Assembly (NCBI RefSeq): GCF_006345805.1
Contig: NC_042998.1
Span: forward strand, 108,872,001-108,936,000
Reading direction: 5' to 3'
DNA from: Octopus sinensis
Lineage: Eukaryota
Length of the DNA stretch: 64,000 bases
Of the stretch, positions 52,001 to 64,000 are shown piece after piece. Each line of letters begins with the position of its first letter. Position 1 is the stretch's first letter. Below the pieces are notes generated by a model that ran no database searches, was not told the origin of the DNA, and saw only the letters and a list, made by a program, of their open reading frames with translations. A program made the translations under genes and the position numbers.

Positions 52001-53853
52001 ATGTGTGTGTGTGTGTGTGTGTGCATGTGTGTGTGTTTGTGTGTGTGTGTGTTTGTGTCCTTCCACTACTTGACAACCGGTGTTGGGGCATTTACGAATA
52101 CAATAAGAACTAGACATAAAAATTACTTGAGTCGATTTATTCTACTAAACATTCTTCAAGGCGATGCATGAAAGTTGTCCGGTGATTTGTTGCGAAAATT
52201 CGAAAGAAACTGGAAATTGTTGACGAAGATCCAGCGTCAGCAGCTAATCGCAAATCGCATGCACAGTGTCCTAATGCCATCAGAAAGCATAACATTATAC
52301 AAAAGGTCCAATAAATAAACGATAATAACTTCTGAAGTCCATCAGAGTCATTAGTCTTTCCAAAGTATGTAACGGAAAATTTAAGAAGTGGAGGAAGAAG
52401 TCACCAAGGCTTGGTCCAAACTTAGTGAAATGTCTTGCCGAGAACATTAAAAAGTAAAGTTGATGTCAGTAAACTTTGAAGACATGGGTTGCTTAACTTT
52501 TAAGGATCGCTTGGCGTAACTGTACAGTGTGTTCAGCTGGAATTTGAGAGGCATAGGGTACGAATCTATATAGTGGTTGTGCTATTATAACTGTATGTAT
52601 ATACTATGAGTGTACGTTTAAATCTGCTAAGACAAGTATACCTAAAATACGCACTTGAACAGACATCATGTAGCTGTCGCCAAATTTGGTCGGAGGAAAC
52701 AATAAAACTGTCTTTTAGAAAATGACCACATCTTTTGATAGACGTTTTGATAATACTGTTTGTCCTTTCGGCTGCCTCCTATTCTGTTTTTTTTTTCGAA
52801 CATCTATATTAGCGTCCTTCGCAAGGAGATCGGTTACCTGTCCCCTTACATGGCCCTGCTTTTTCTTTTTGAGCCAATAAAAATTGATTTGAAGTTGAAT
52901 TGAATTATGTACGAGTTTTCTCCACATTCGTGATTACATTCACTTTTTCACTTCAACAATATTACGTTTAACAATTACACATTTCTGACGATTTGACAGT
53001 AAGTGTTGATTAGGAAATGTACATAATATAACAAACAATTACCTTATGTTAATAAAACGTATTTAAGATGATATAATTGAATAACTTACAAATAATCTCT
53101 CTTGTTTTCTTTTCTAAACAACACTTGAACTCGGATTTGATAACAAAGGATATTACAATACACGAACGGTAATACTCATGGAGTTCTTAATACTAGATAT
53201 TTGTCAATCAGTTTAAGGATTAAATTGCACTGTACGAAGATGTGTGTGTGTCGCGCGTGTGCGTATGTATGTGTTTGTTCAAAACTGCTGAATCACTTCA
53301 TTTTGCTACTCTGAGTTTCTTGCCCTGTGCATTATCTTCTTGATGCAATTGTTTAGTTTTCCGCGCTGTGCTCCGAAACAGTGGGCAGTAGAGATACAGC
53401 GACATATAACTCAAATGCCTAAAATCACATCTAGCTAATTATGTATATTCCTATATAGATTTACAAATACAGTCACAAATTCAGTCACAATTAATAGCAG
53501 ATAGTAGCCTAGCAACGAGAATAGTTATAAAATAATTTCAAATATGTCTATTTTATTGGAATTTATTGCTGCTCGAAATGATAGTGAAAATATATAATAT
53601 ATTCTGAGACAGGATCAAAAATATGGAGACAAATAATGACCAAAACACATGGATATACACATATACTTTACTCAGAGAAATCAGTTATTACTAGATATTG
53701 TACACTGAATATATAAAATCAAAAGCAAAAGTCTGCCCATGCTTAATGTACACTCAGCTACGCTCCAGAAGAAAAAATGCAGCAAAATCGTTATTGTATA
53801 ATACTATTAATAATAATAATAATAATAATAATATAATAATAATAATAATAATG

Positions 53854-53919
<66 letters not shown>

Positions 53920-54202
53920 GAACTTCGAATCAGTTAGGAATTTGAGAGTCACAGGGTTCAAATCTATATAGTGGTTGTGCTAATGTAACTGTATGTATAT
54001 ACTATGAGTGTACGTTTAAATCTGCTAAGATAAGTATACCTAAGAAACGCACTTGAACAGACATCATGTAGCTGTCGCCAAATTTGGTCGGAGGAAACAA
54101 TAAAACTGTCAGTTAGAAATCAACAATAACTGATTGGAATTGTTATCATAACTGATTGGAAGTGTTATCATAACTGATTGGAAGTGTTATCATAATTGAT
54201 CT

Positions 54203-55068
<866 letters not shown>

Positions 55069-55456
55069 AATAATAATAATAATAATAATAGTGATAGAAT
55101 CGGGACTTAACTCCGAAGCAAAACACAGATATGCGAAGAGAACTTGCCCAACTTATTGGTAGTAAGGTCTCTGCAGTCCTTGCTGACAATCTTATTAGAG
55201 ATGGTGTCACGCTAAAAATACCGGTTGGTGGCTAACCTTAAAACACATACCTCAAACAGGTGTATATATAGAATTCAATTGTCAATTATTGTGACTGACG
55301 ATACGGGATAATACATATATGGCTAGAAATAAGAATTAAAAACCCGTTAGAGCCGCAAAAAAGTAACATAGGTGTTACCCGGCACACCCAGTAACAATTA
55401 GTGACAATTGAATAATTTTCCCTTTTGCTTTTATGTTGTGTATAGCTGCTTTCGCC

Positions 55457-55533
<77 letters not shown>

Positions 55534-55866
55534 ACTGTAAAAAGGATATATGTATTTGCATTGGGACCCTTCCATCGAAAACCGGTGATTGTCGTGCGCT
55601 GATGACGGGTCAATACCCAGAAACTGCAGTCCGTGCGTATCACTTAGGTTGACGAGGGAAGGATGACCTCCCTTTGCAAATACCGATAGGGTATAGAAAG
55701 TGTGTCAATAGCCAGCTGGAGAAGATGTTCTCCTGGGGCTACAAGCTACAGTAACATCCACCCTTAGTGGTTAGCCATATTTAGATGGCAAATATACTTC
55801 ACATATATATACATATATATACATATATACATACATACATACATACATACATACACACACGCACAC

Positions 55867-55905
<39 letters not shown>

Positions 55906-56100
55906 ATATATATATATATATATACATAGATACATACAAAGTACATACAACATGAAAATAAAAATGCATTATCAATGACTTAATTAGCTTACACGTGTTT
56001 CGAATTGCTTAACACAATGCAAGTCCAGCACATTGCTGTTTCATATTCAGTCAATCCTTCTGTTGATTGATTAAATTGCCAGAGAAGCAGAGCATATAGC

Positions 56101-56584
56101 TGCCAAGCTATTCTATTCAGAGGCAGAATACCTCTCGGAGGTGGGTACCTTCATTAAAAAAAACACAATGGATCTTTCTAAGACTATAAAAGAAATTTAG
56201 TATCAATACAAAATATGGTACATTTTATTTATGTTATGTAATGTGATATAATTTAATATACATTTCTCCAACAGTCATGTTATTCTTATTAGATACCGAT
56301 TTTCATTCATGCTTTAGTAAAATTCATTCAGTCTTTTACTATTAAATTGCCCTTAAATGCATCACAGACTGTATTAAAATTCTCTAATGATGAAATGCAT
56401 ACAACTTCTAGTTGCCATTAAACTAAGGACATCTGAGTAAGAGACTTTGCCTTTGAGAAGGATGCTGGTCAATAAAAAGGAGACAGGGTCTAAAATTAAT
56501 TGCTTAGAAACCGTTTCTACATTATCTCAATGTAAACAAAGTTTAGCGTAAAAGCATTCTGGCTTTGAATAGAATAGCTTGGCA
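56101..56584. mobile_element. MITE with 29-bp TIRs
   Basis: TGCCAAGCTATTCTATTCAGAGGCAGAAT versus ATTCTGGCTTTGAATAGAATAGCTTGGCA (27/29 complementary); non-coding interior. Confidence 0.8.
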
Positions 56585-56889
56585 CCTACATGCTTTACAA
56601 CTCTGGTCATTTAATCGATCACATGAAGAATCGATTAAATGAGTATACTGCAATGTATGGCACTTGTGTTATACTAGGCTATTCGAAACACTTGTAAGCC
56701 AAATAAATAGTTGATAACGTATTTTTATTATTTTATATTTTTATCTAATGCACTATGTGACTAAAACACCGAATTTAATTGGTGCTCCACTTCCGATTTA
56801 CGAGTTATACATGTCACAAGAAAAGAATAGCAACACATAGGGAGGGCGTACTAATAACTGGACCATTTAGTAGCAGGGCTCTTTCCACA

Positions 56890-57950
56890 GAGTGCTTAAA
56901 GAGAGACTTGCTTGGATTTATTTAATCCTCATTTTCGTTCATCTTGTATATATTTGTGCTGGTGGATTTCGTAGGAGCGTGTTTAGAGCATGTATAAGTG
57001 ACAATGTCCTCAAAATGCTGCCATGCAGTTTCAATGTGAGTGGAACTGAGAGTGAAGGACTAATCGATGAAGGACAGATCCTTTCTGATTGCTCCCCAGT
57101 CCGCTTTGTGTCAAATAAGTGCAATGGAGTGGGATTGGCTGGTTTGGTTTTGATATGCCGGAAATTAAAGTTGCAGAGTATCACTTCGTGGACTGAGAGG
57201 AGAGTTTTTTCATCTGAAATACTGCGAACGGAGCTAGAGTAGTTGGTTAATATTAGATCCAAGATTGTTTTATTCTGTCTTGTTGATTCGAGCACTAGCT
57301 GAGTCAGGAAAAATTTATCCATTAGATTAAAGAGTAATTCTGCTGCTGCTTTGTGTGGTGTAGAGCATTTGCCTAACTTCAGAGTATTTGTGGGCCAGTT
57401 TAAATAAGGAAGGTTAAAATCACCCATCACAAGTATGAAGGAAAGATCTGATTTTGTTGACGCATTCTTCAAAGCACTTCAGAGGTGCTAGGGGTCGCCT
57501 GTAAAGACCAACAATGATTATGTCGTTGGCTTGTTGATTAGTGATATGGATTCACAACAGCCATTGGAAAATATGTCCTTGGCATCAACTGAAAAAGTAT
57601 GATGGAGAAAGATGAATGTTCCCCCTTTATTTCGGTCTGTGCGATCTGCACGGATGATGGTGAAATCTTTTATTTTCACCTCGGCATCCATATGAGTGTT
57701 GTTTAAGTGAGTTTCAGTATGGATAAAGAAAGGGATATAATGTGCCGTTTCGACAAGCCAACTCTCTATGTATGGGATCTTCCATTTTTGGGCAGTGAGT
57801 GATGTGTTGATGCCACGTACATTTAACAGGAATGTCGAGGCAAGGGTAGTTTGATGTTTGCATTGTTCTAAGAGGTCATTGTTATGTTTTATGTTGTTCA
57901 GAAGTAGCAGTAAGGGTAGTTTTTGCATGGAGCTGTTTGTGTGTGGTTTT
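56890..57950 (-). mobile_element. LINE (CR1/Jockey-group-like) APE endonuclease fragment, RT absent
   Basis: FLLNVRGI, TETHL, RADRTDRNKGG, VMGDFNLPYLNW, TRQNKTILDLILTN and LSVHEVI motifs in ORFs 57518-57928 and 56939-57472. Confidence 0.88.
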
Positions 57951-58273
57951 CTAGTTGTGCTTGTGCGTGTGATTTTGGTTTCTTCGGAAAGTTGAACTAT
58001 GAATTTTTATGCCTCTTTTTTCTTCTCTATTTCCATCTCCTTATTCTTTTACTCCTTTCCTCTCTGTTATCATCTTATTCATGTATACCATTCCCATTTT
58101 CCATATCCCCACCCACCTAATTTCTCTCTGTTGACGGAAAATCACGTACTCTAGGATATCCCAGAAACAGCTGTAAGATTTTGAATTTCTTCCTGTAATA
58201 ATATTGTATATGACTTGAGATGTTTGCCTCGCCTTAATGTTTGACGTCCTGTTTTACAATTATACATACATAT

Positions 58274-58324
<51 letters not shown>

Positions 58325-58432
58325 GTACATATATATACATATATATATGTATGTATACAGATATATATACATATGTATATATGTATATATATGTATGTAT
58401 GTATACATATATATACATATATATATGAATAC

Positions 58433-58469
<37 letters not shown>

Positions 58470-58490
58470 CGCATATATACATGTATATAT

Positions 58491-58535
<45 letters not shown>

Positions 58536-58536
58536 A

Positions 58537-58631
58537 TATTTTAAGCAGCAGAAAATTCAGCAAAATCTGTTACTCTGAGTTTCTCGTTGCTAGAGTAACA
58601 GATTTTGTTGAATTTTCTGCTGCTTAAAATA
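58537..58631. repeat. 95-bp near-perfect hairpin (40-bp arms), TTAA-bounded mini-MITE or pre-miRNA-like
   Basis: 58537-58576 is the reverse complement of 58592-58631 with one mismatch. Confidence 0.85.
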
Positions 58632-58703
58632 AAGCATATTACTCTACCACTGGTATTTGAGTACTCTTTTTTCCACCTTCTTTCACATTTATGTGTTTAC
58701 TCC

Positions 58704-58760
<57 letters not shown>

Positions 58761-58772
58761 GTACGCATATAT

Positions 58773-58835
<63 letters not shown>

Positions 58836-61089
58836 GATAGATAGATATGTTTGTATGCGTGTATGTACATGTATGTGTGCGTGTATGTATATACATAAAT
58901 ATACGTGTGCGGTTGCGTACAAACGCATTTATTTCTATTACAATGATGATAATTCAAGTAAGATGGCATAAGTATATTCCCCAATTCGACAAGTGCCTTG
59001 AAGGCGTTGTTGCGTGTTGGATAAAATTGTGTACTGTTTATCAAATTGCACACGACCATCTTAAATAAAAGAATATTAAATGAAGTTTCTATTATATAAA
59101 TATACGTTTTCGTGCAAGTGGAGCGCATTCTGTCCTAGGTTAGTACGATAACAGCTGATCTGGGACTAAATGTCATCCACCAATCTTGTTTTAGGACAAT
59201 GATAAAAGTCCTCTGACAAAAGTCCTCAAGCCTAACTTCATAAATTAAAAATAGAGACATAGGCACATGAAGTCCTATAAATACAAAACGACGAAATATA
59301 AACACGCCCACAAACACACACACACACATACACGTGTGTGAGTGTGTTTAACTTGCCTGTGTGTGAGCGTGTGTGACTTCTGTGTGTGCGTGTGAGTTGT
59401 GTATTGCAGAATTTAGGCGAAACTACACGTCGGGTTGGGTTCTTCTGGTGTGTCTATATCTACTTATCTATCTATGTTTATAGGTGTTTGTGAATGTGTG
59501 TGTGTGTGTATTTTATAGGTTCGTGTGTATGTATGCCTGTGTTTAGCAAAATGATAGTCAAGTAGAATGCTTTAGAAAGTTTCTAGTTCGTTTGACTTGG
59601 TTTCTGATTTTTCTTTACTGAAATTTCTCTAATTTCGTTGCTTGTTCATTGTTTGCACTGCTAGACTTAACATTATTTTATATTTTACTGGTTTGTGATT
59701 CGAATGTTGAAATCAATAATTTGTTTAATTTTCATTCACCCGAAGATACTGTCTAATTTATGACACACTCCTTGTTACTTCGCAATTTTCTGTGTTTATT
59801 GTTCAATTTTTACTTTAACTCGTTAAGTTACATTTTTGTAACTGCATCATGACTTTTTCATGTTTAACGGTTTTATAGGAGTTTTTGTTTATTATTTCTT
59901 GCTCAGCGTTGCCGAACATTTTATTTATGACAGTATGGATTTGAGTGATCCGATTTCGAGTGTTACCTACGCATTTTAGTGTATTTGCGACTTTGTATGT
60001 ACTTGTGAGACTTTCTGTGCGTGCACGTCTCTATGTGTGACCGCGCACGTGCCTATGTGCTTGAGATAATTGCAACATTAAGTTGCAAAAATGTGAGGTA
60101 GTTGTGAGTATGTTGTCTATTCCAATTTAAAATGTGATGGAAAACATATTCATATGATCATATGACATTCACAGAGCCATATATAATAAACAGAAATCCA
60201 TGTATATCAATATAGTATTTCTTTGTATGTTAATCATTATAACTGCTGTTTAAGTTTTGTTTCACTCCTAAATGTTATTATTTTACCATTTCACTAACTC
60301 CAGCTATTGTTGTATGAAGCATATTGTAAGCTTTATATATATATATGAAGAGTTTACTGATTTGTTCCAGAGGATGTTAGAAACTTATATAAATAATAAG
60401 CACTTTGTTCAAATGCGCATTCTTAATGCTGGAAGTGTTATATCAGGAATATGTATATTTAAGTATGAGAAGAACCACTGAATGCATGATAATCCCTTCC
60501 TTTCAAGTGTCATAAATCGTTTATTTAAACATTTTCAACAAATAAAGATGATTTCTGAAAACCTCTCGACTGGACGACTTCTACTTGAAGACGATATGAA
60601 TGTTGTTTTGAAAGAAACATTACAAAGGTTGCAAAGTAAACATCCATTGGGGCACATAAACACTTCATCAATGTCTCTTGACATTCTACACTGAAGTACT
60701 GAAAATAAGGTCACACTGTTATGCAAACACTACTCCTTATATTCATAATCGTCATCAGGCATTATGTAGAAACTTCCTCATTTGCAAGGACAGATATTAA
60801 TTATATATGTCAAATAATTTACGTGATAACGCTTTGATGGTGAGAACAGGATTCGCAGATACTTTAGATATAACATTTCACCGAGTGATTATACTTGTTC
60901 GGTAGAGCTCAGAGCCTATCATACTAACATAAGCAGTTAATTAAGGTGTAAGTATATGGCATGTAATATGACAGATAATAAGTAAACTGATTGTTCTTCA
61001 AAGAGAAAAGGAAGTCGACGAGAACTTGAATTCAGTATCGTTTATAGAGCTCTTGAAATATCGATGCTTTTTGTGAATATATATATATA

Positions 61090-61255
61090 TATTCACAAGA
61101 AGTTTCTTTTTCTTCTTCTTCTTCTTCTTCTTCTTCTTCTTCTTCTTCTTCTTCTTCTTCTTCTTCTTCTTCTTCTTCTTCTTCTTCTTCTACTTCTTCT
61201 TCTCCTCCTTCTCCTTCTTCTTCTCCTCCTCCTCCTTCTTCTTCTTCCTCTTCAT
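61090..61255. repeat. (CTT)n microsatellite
   Basis: Visible in sequence. Confidence 0.95.
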
Positions 61256-61946
61256 CAACATGGCCACGACGATCACCACCATCACGTAGGACATCACCAC
61301 TACTATCACCAGCACCAAATCTTTCTTTCCTTCTCTTTTCCATTGACACTACTTTTAGATACACAGGCACCTACACACACAGGCACACATACACACAAAA
61401 AACAGACCATCTCTCTCACTGGACAATGATGATAAGAAATCCATACAATTTTTTGAAAGATAAATTATATCAAAACAAGAATCTTCTTGGAGGACCCACC
61501 TGGTTTTGCCATTTCTAAAGGCCAATAATCACTTTCTATTGAAAGAACTGACCAGATGTATAGAAGTAAACACATTTTCTTCTTTCTCTCTTCCTCCTTC
61601 CTTTCCTTCTCTTTCCCCTTGACACCTCCTTCAGATACAAAGGCACACATATGCACACGCACGCACTCTCTCTCTCTCCCACTTTCTGCCCATTCCTCAC
61701 CCTCTTTTACTATCCTATATCTCTCTAGCCACCCCTACACACTCAATAATACTATAAAAAGAGACGAATCTCCTCAAAACATTCAATCTAAAGAATCCAC
61801 TGGAGTGGATGCAAGCGCTAATATATGATTCATAAAAACATGTGACACAAATAAAAATCTGTAAATATAAAACCATCCAGATTTCTGAGTACCTTATTTC
61901 TTCTAATATATAATACCTGCACATCATCTCCAAACCTTCTAATATA

Positions 61947-62045
<99 letters not shown>

Positions 62046-64000
62046 GTGTGTGTGTGTGTATATATGTGTGTGTGTGTGTGCGCGTATGTAAGTGAAATAA
62101 GCTGATTGCATATATTTTGATAATTTAAATATTGGTGTACAATACGCCCCTCTCTCCGTATATGTATATGCAGACACAAAAGCACAACCGCGAACGCGCG
62201 CATGCTGCGGAGGGCTTTGCTCAATCTCATTTTCCATTACGAGATACTTACCCCAAGACGTTCCCATGATGTCTGTAATCTCACGACTAAGGTTGGGCCT
62301 ACATACTTACAACATTTAATGCTTCAGAGAAATTTGCTATGTGCATACTAATTCAATTTAATTACATTGCACTAGCGTATATTTAGTAAAAAAAAATTAT
62401 GATAGTCGTATGTTAGGAAACTAGAAATGCCTGACTTTTCTGAAGCTATTTTTCTGAATGTACTTTCTCTTTCTAAAATTGTTAGTTAATTCTCCCCAAA
62501 AGTAACAACTAAAGGACAAAACTATAAGAGCTTGTAAAACTGTAAGAATTATTGAATTATTGTTAGACTTAACATTTTGTTGCAGCTGTGATTTTATAAT
62601 TTAATACCAAGTCAGACTCGATCTTGTACACATATGATCAAAAATGTTCCAGCTGTTAGCATTCCAATTATAACACATATGATCGAAAATGTTCTTGTTT
62701 ACGAGCATATTGTAATGCTATACCTAAGGTTATATTTTAAATTTGTCATTCCATTTTTAAAACGTAGGATATGGCTCAAGGGTGAATGATATTTCTAGCA
62801 GGTTTTGTTTTTTGGATTTGGCTTCCAATAGCAGTAATATCCAGGAATCTTTTCTATGACTCAACATGGTGGTATTGTGCTAGTATTAGAAACCATTATG
62901 TCGAACAAAATACGATGTAGTATAAAAGTTATGGCTTATTTCGTTCTGAGTTCAACTCACACCGAATCAACTTTGCTTTTCATCTTTTAGATGGTGATAA
63001 ACTATTGCTGATGTAGCCACATAGATTCAACTCGACTATTCCCGTTCCAATAATGTGATGTACCGATTAGAAATAAATGTTTAGAAACATTTATTCATAT
63101 ATAAACGCGCATCAATATGTAGTTTTGCACAGCTATATTATATGTTCAAATCCCCAACAGTTCATCTTGAGTGGCAAAGCTAAATATATTTACTAATATA
63201 TTAAGCAAAATAAAAAGATAAATCTTTTTATCCGTAGAATTTGTAACAAAATAATTTGCGCAAATAAATTGTTTTTTGTAAATTGAAATATGAATTAAAA
63301 CATTACAATATACTGAAATCATAGATGGTTATCGAAAGATAATTTGCAAATAACTGTGGCTTGTTATGCTATCTCATATTATGCATGAGCTACGTGCCAG
63401 AATCGTCTTCAACCTTTTGTAACGGTAAACTAAATAGTACCAGTCTTTGTTATTGCTGTTTAGCCTCAGCTTAGCACGGAAAAGTAGGCATTAGACCAAA
63501 GTCCCGATCATCACATCTTATTTTGAATTAGTGTACATTTCTTAAGACAGTAAATTGGTATTCAAAGAGTTTTGATTGCCATCTTTAGCAAGTTGGGAGT
63601 TTCTCTTAAGGAAATGGACGAAATCTTCTTATTGATATTTTTTTAATGCTATTTAGCTGTAGGTTTTCTGGAAAAGGTAGATCAATAATCAAATGTGTTT
63701 GAAGCTTTACTATCGATAGTTTATCTGGGACTACTTTATTCAACGCGTCCTTACTTTTTAATGACTATAGAATGTAATTTGGGGCGAGTGTTGCTGCTAT
63801 TCTTAGTAGGTTGAGCGATCATGTGGTGGGCTTCGAAACACATATCTTCTAAAACAAATTGTTGTGCAATTATAGCTGTATGAGAATCACTTTAATTAAT
63901 AATGATTTGTCAGAGTCCTACATATATGAAATATAATTAGGTGTCCATCTAATTGAATCAATATAACTAACGAGCCGATATTAAATATCTTTAATCACGA

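Noticed and set aside
56075-56142. Exon candidate REAEHIAAKLFYSEAEYLSE
   Set aside because: Overlaps the left TIR of the 56101-56584 MITE.
60479-60481. Selenocysteine read-through of the in-frame TGA
   Set aside because: No redox motif context or recognisable SECIS seen; decay is the simpler explanation.

Overview
AT-rich, microsatellite-saturated animal genomic DNA (intronic or intergenic). The SINE and repeat repertoire resembles an octopus/coleoid cephalopod; this is inferred from recognising the repeat families, not from a search. No intact host gene is demonstrable, and most ORF-track entries are microsatellite translations or transposon fragments. The window is a dense graveyard of mobile elements. 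These include a (TAA)n-embedded R4/Dong-type RLE LINE plus two identical 3' fragments, an internally deleted Ty3/gypsy element with both LTRs and a nested Helitron, and RTE, CR1-like and Tx1-like LINE remnants. It also holds Tc1, maT (DD37D), mariner, Tigger and pogo DNA transposons, MITEs and several tRNA-derived SINE families. Most notable: (i) four Penelope-like terminal-repeat remnants carrying minimal hammerhead ribozyme motifs, one (32010-32044, minus strand) with an intact core; (ii) a ~560-bp non-coding, non-tRNA element that lies in or ends in (AAT)n tracts like the Dong LINE, a candidate non-autonomous partner; (iii) several long fold-back hairpins; (iv) a few weak plus-strand exon candidates.
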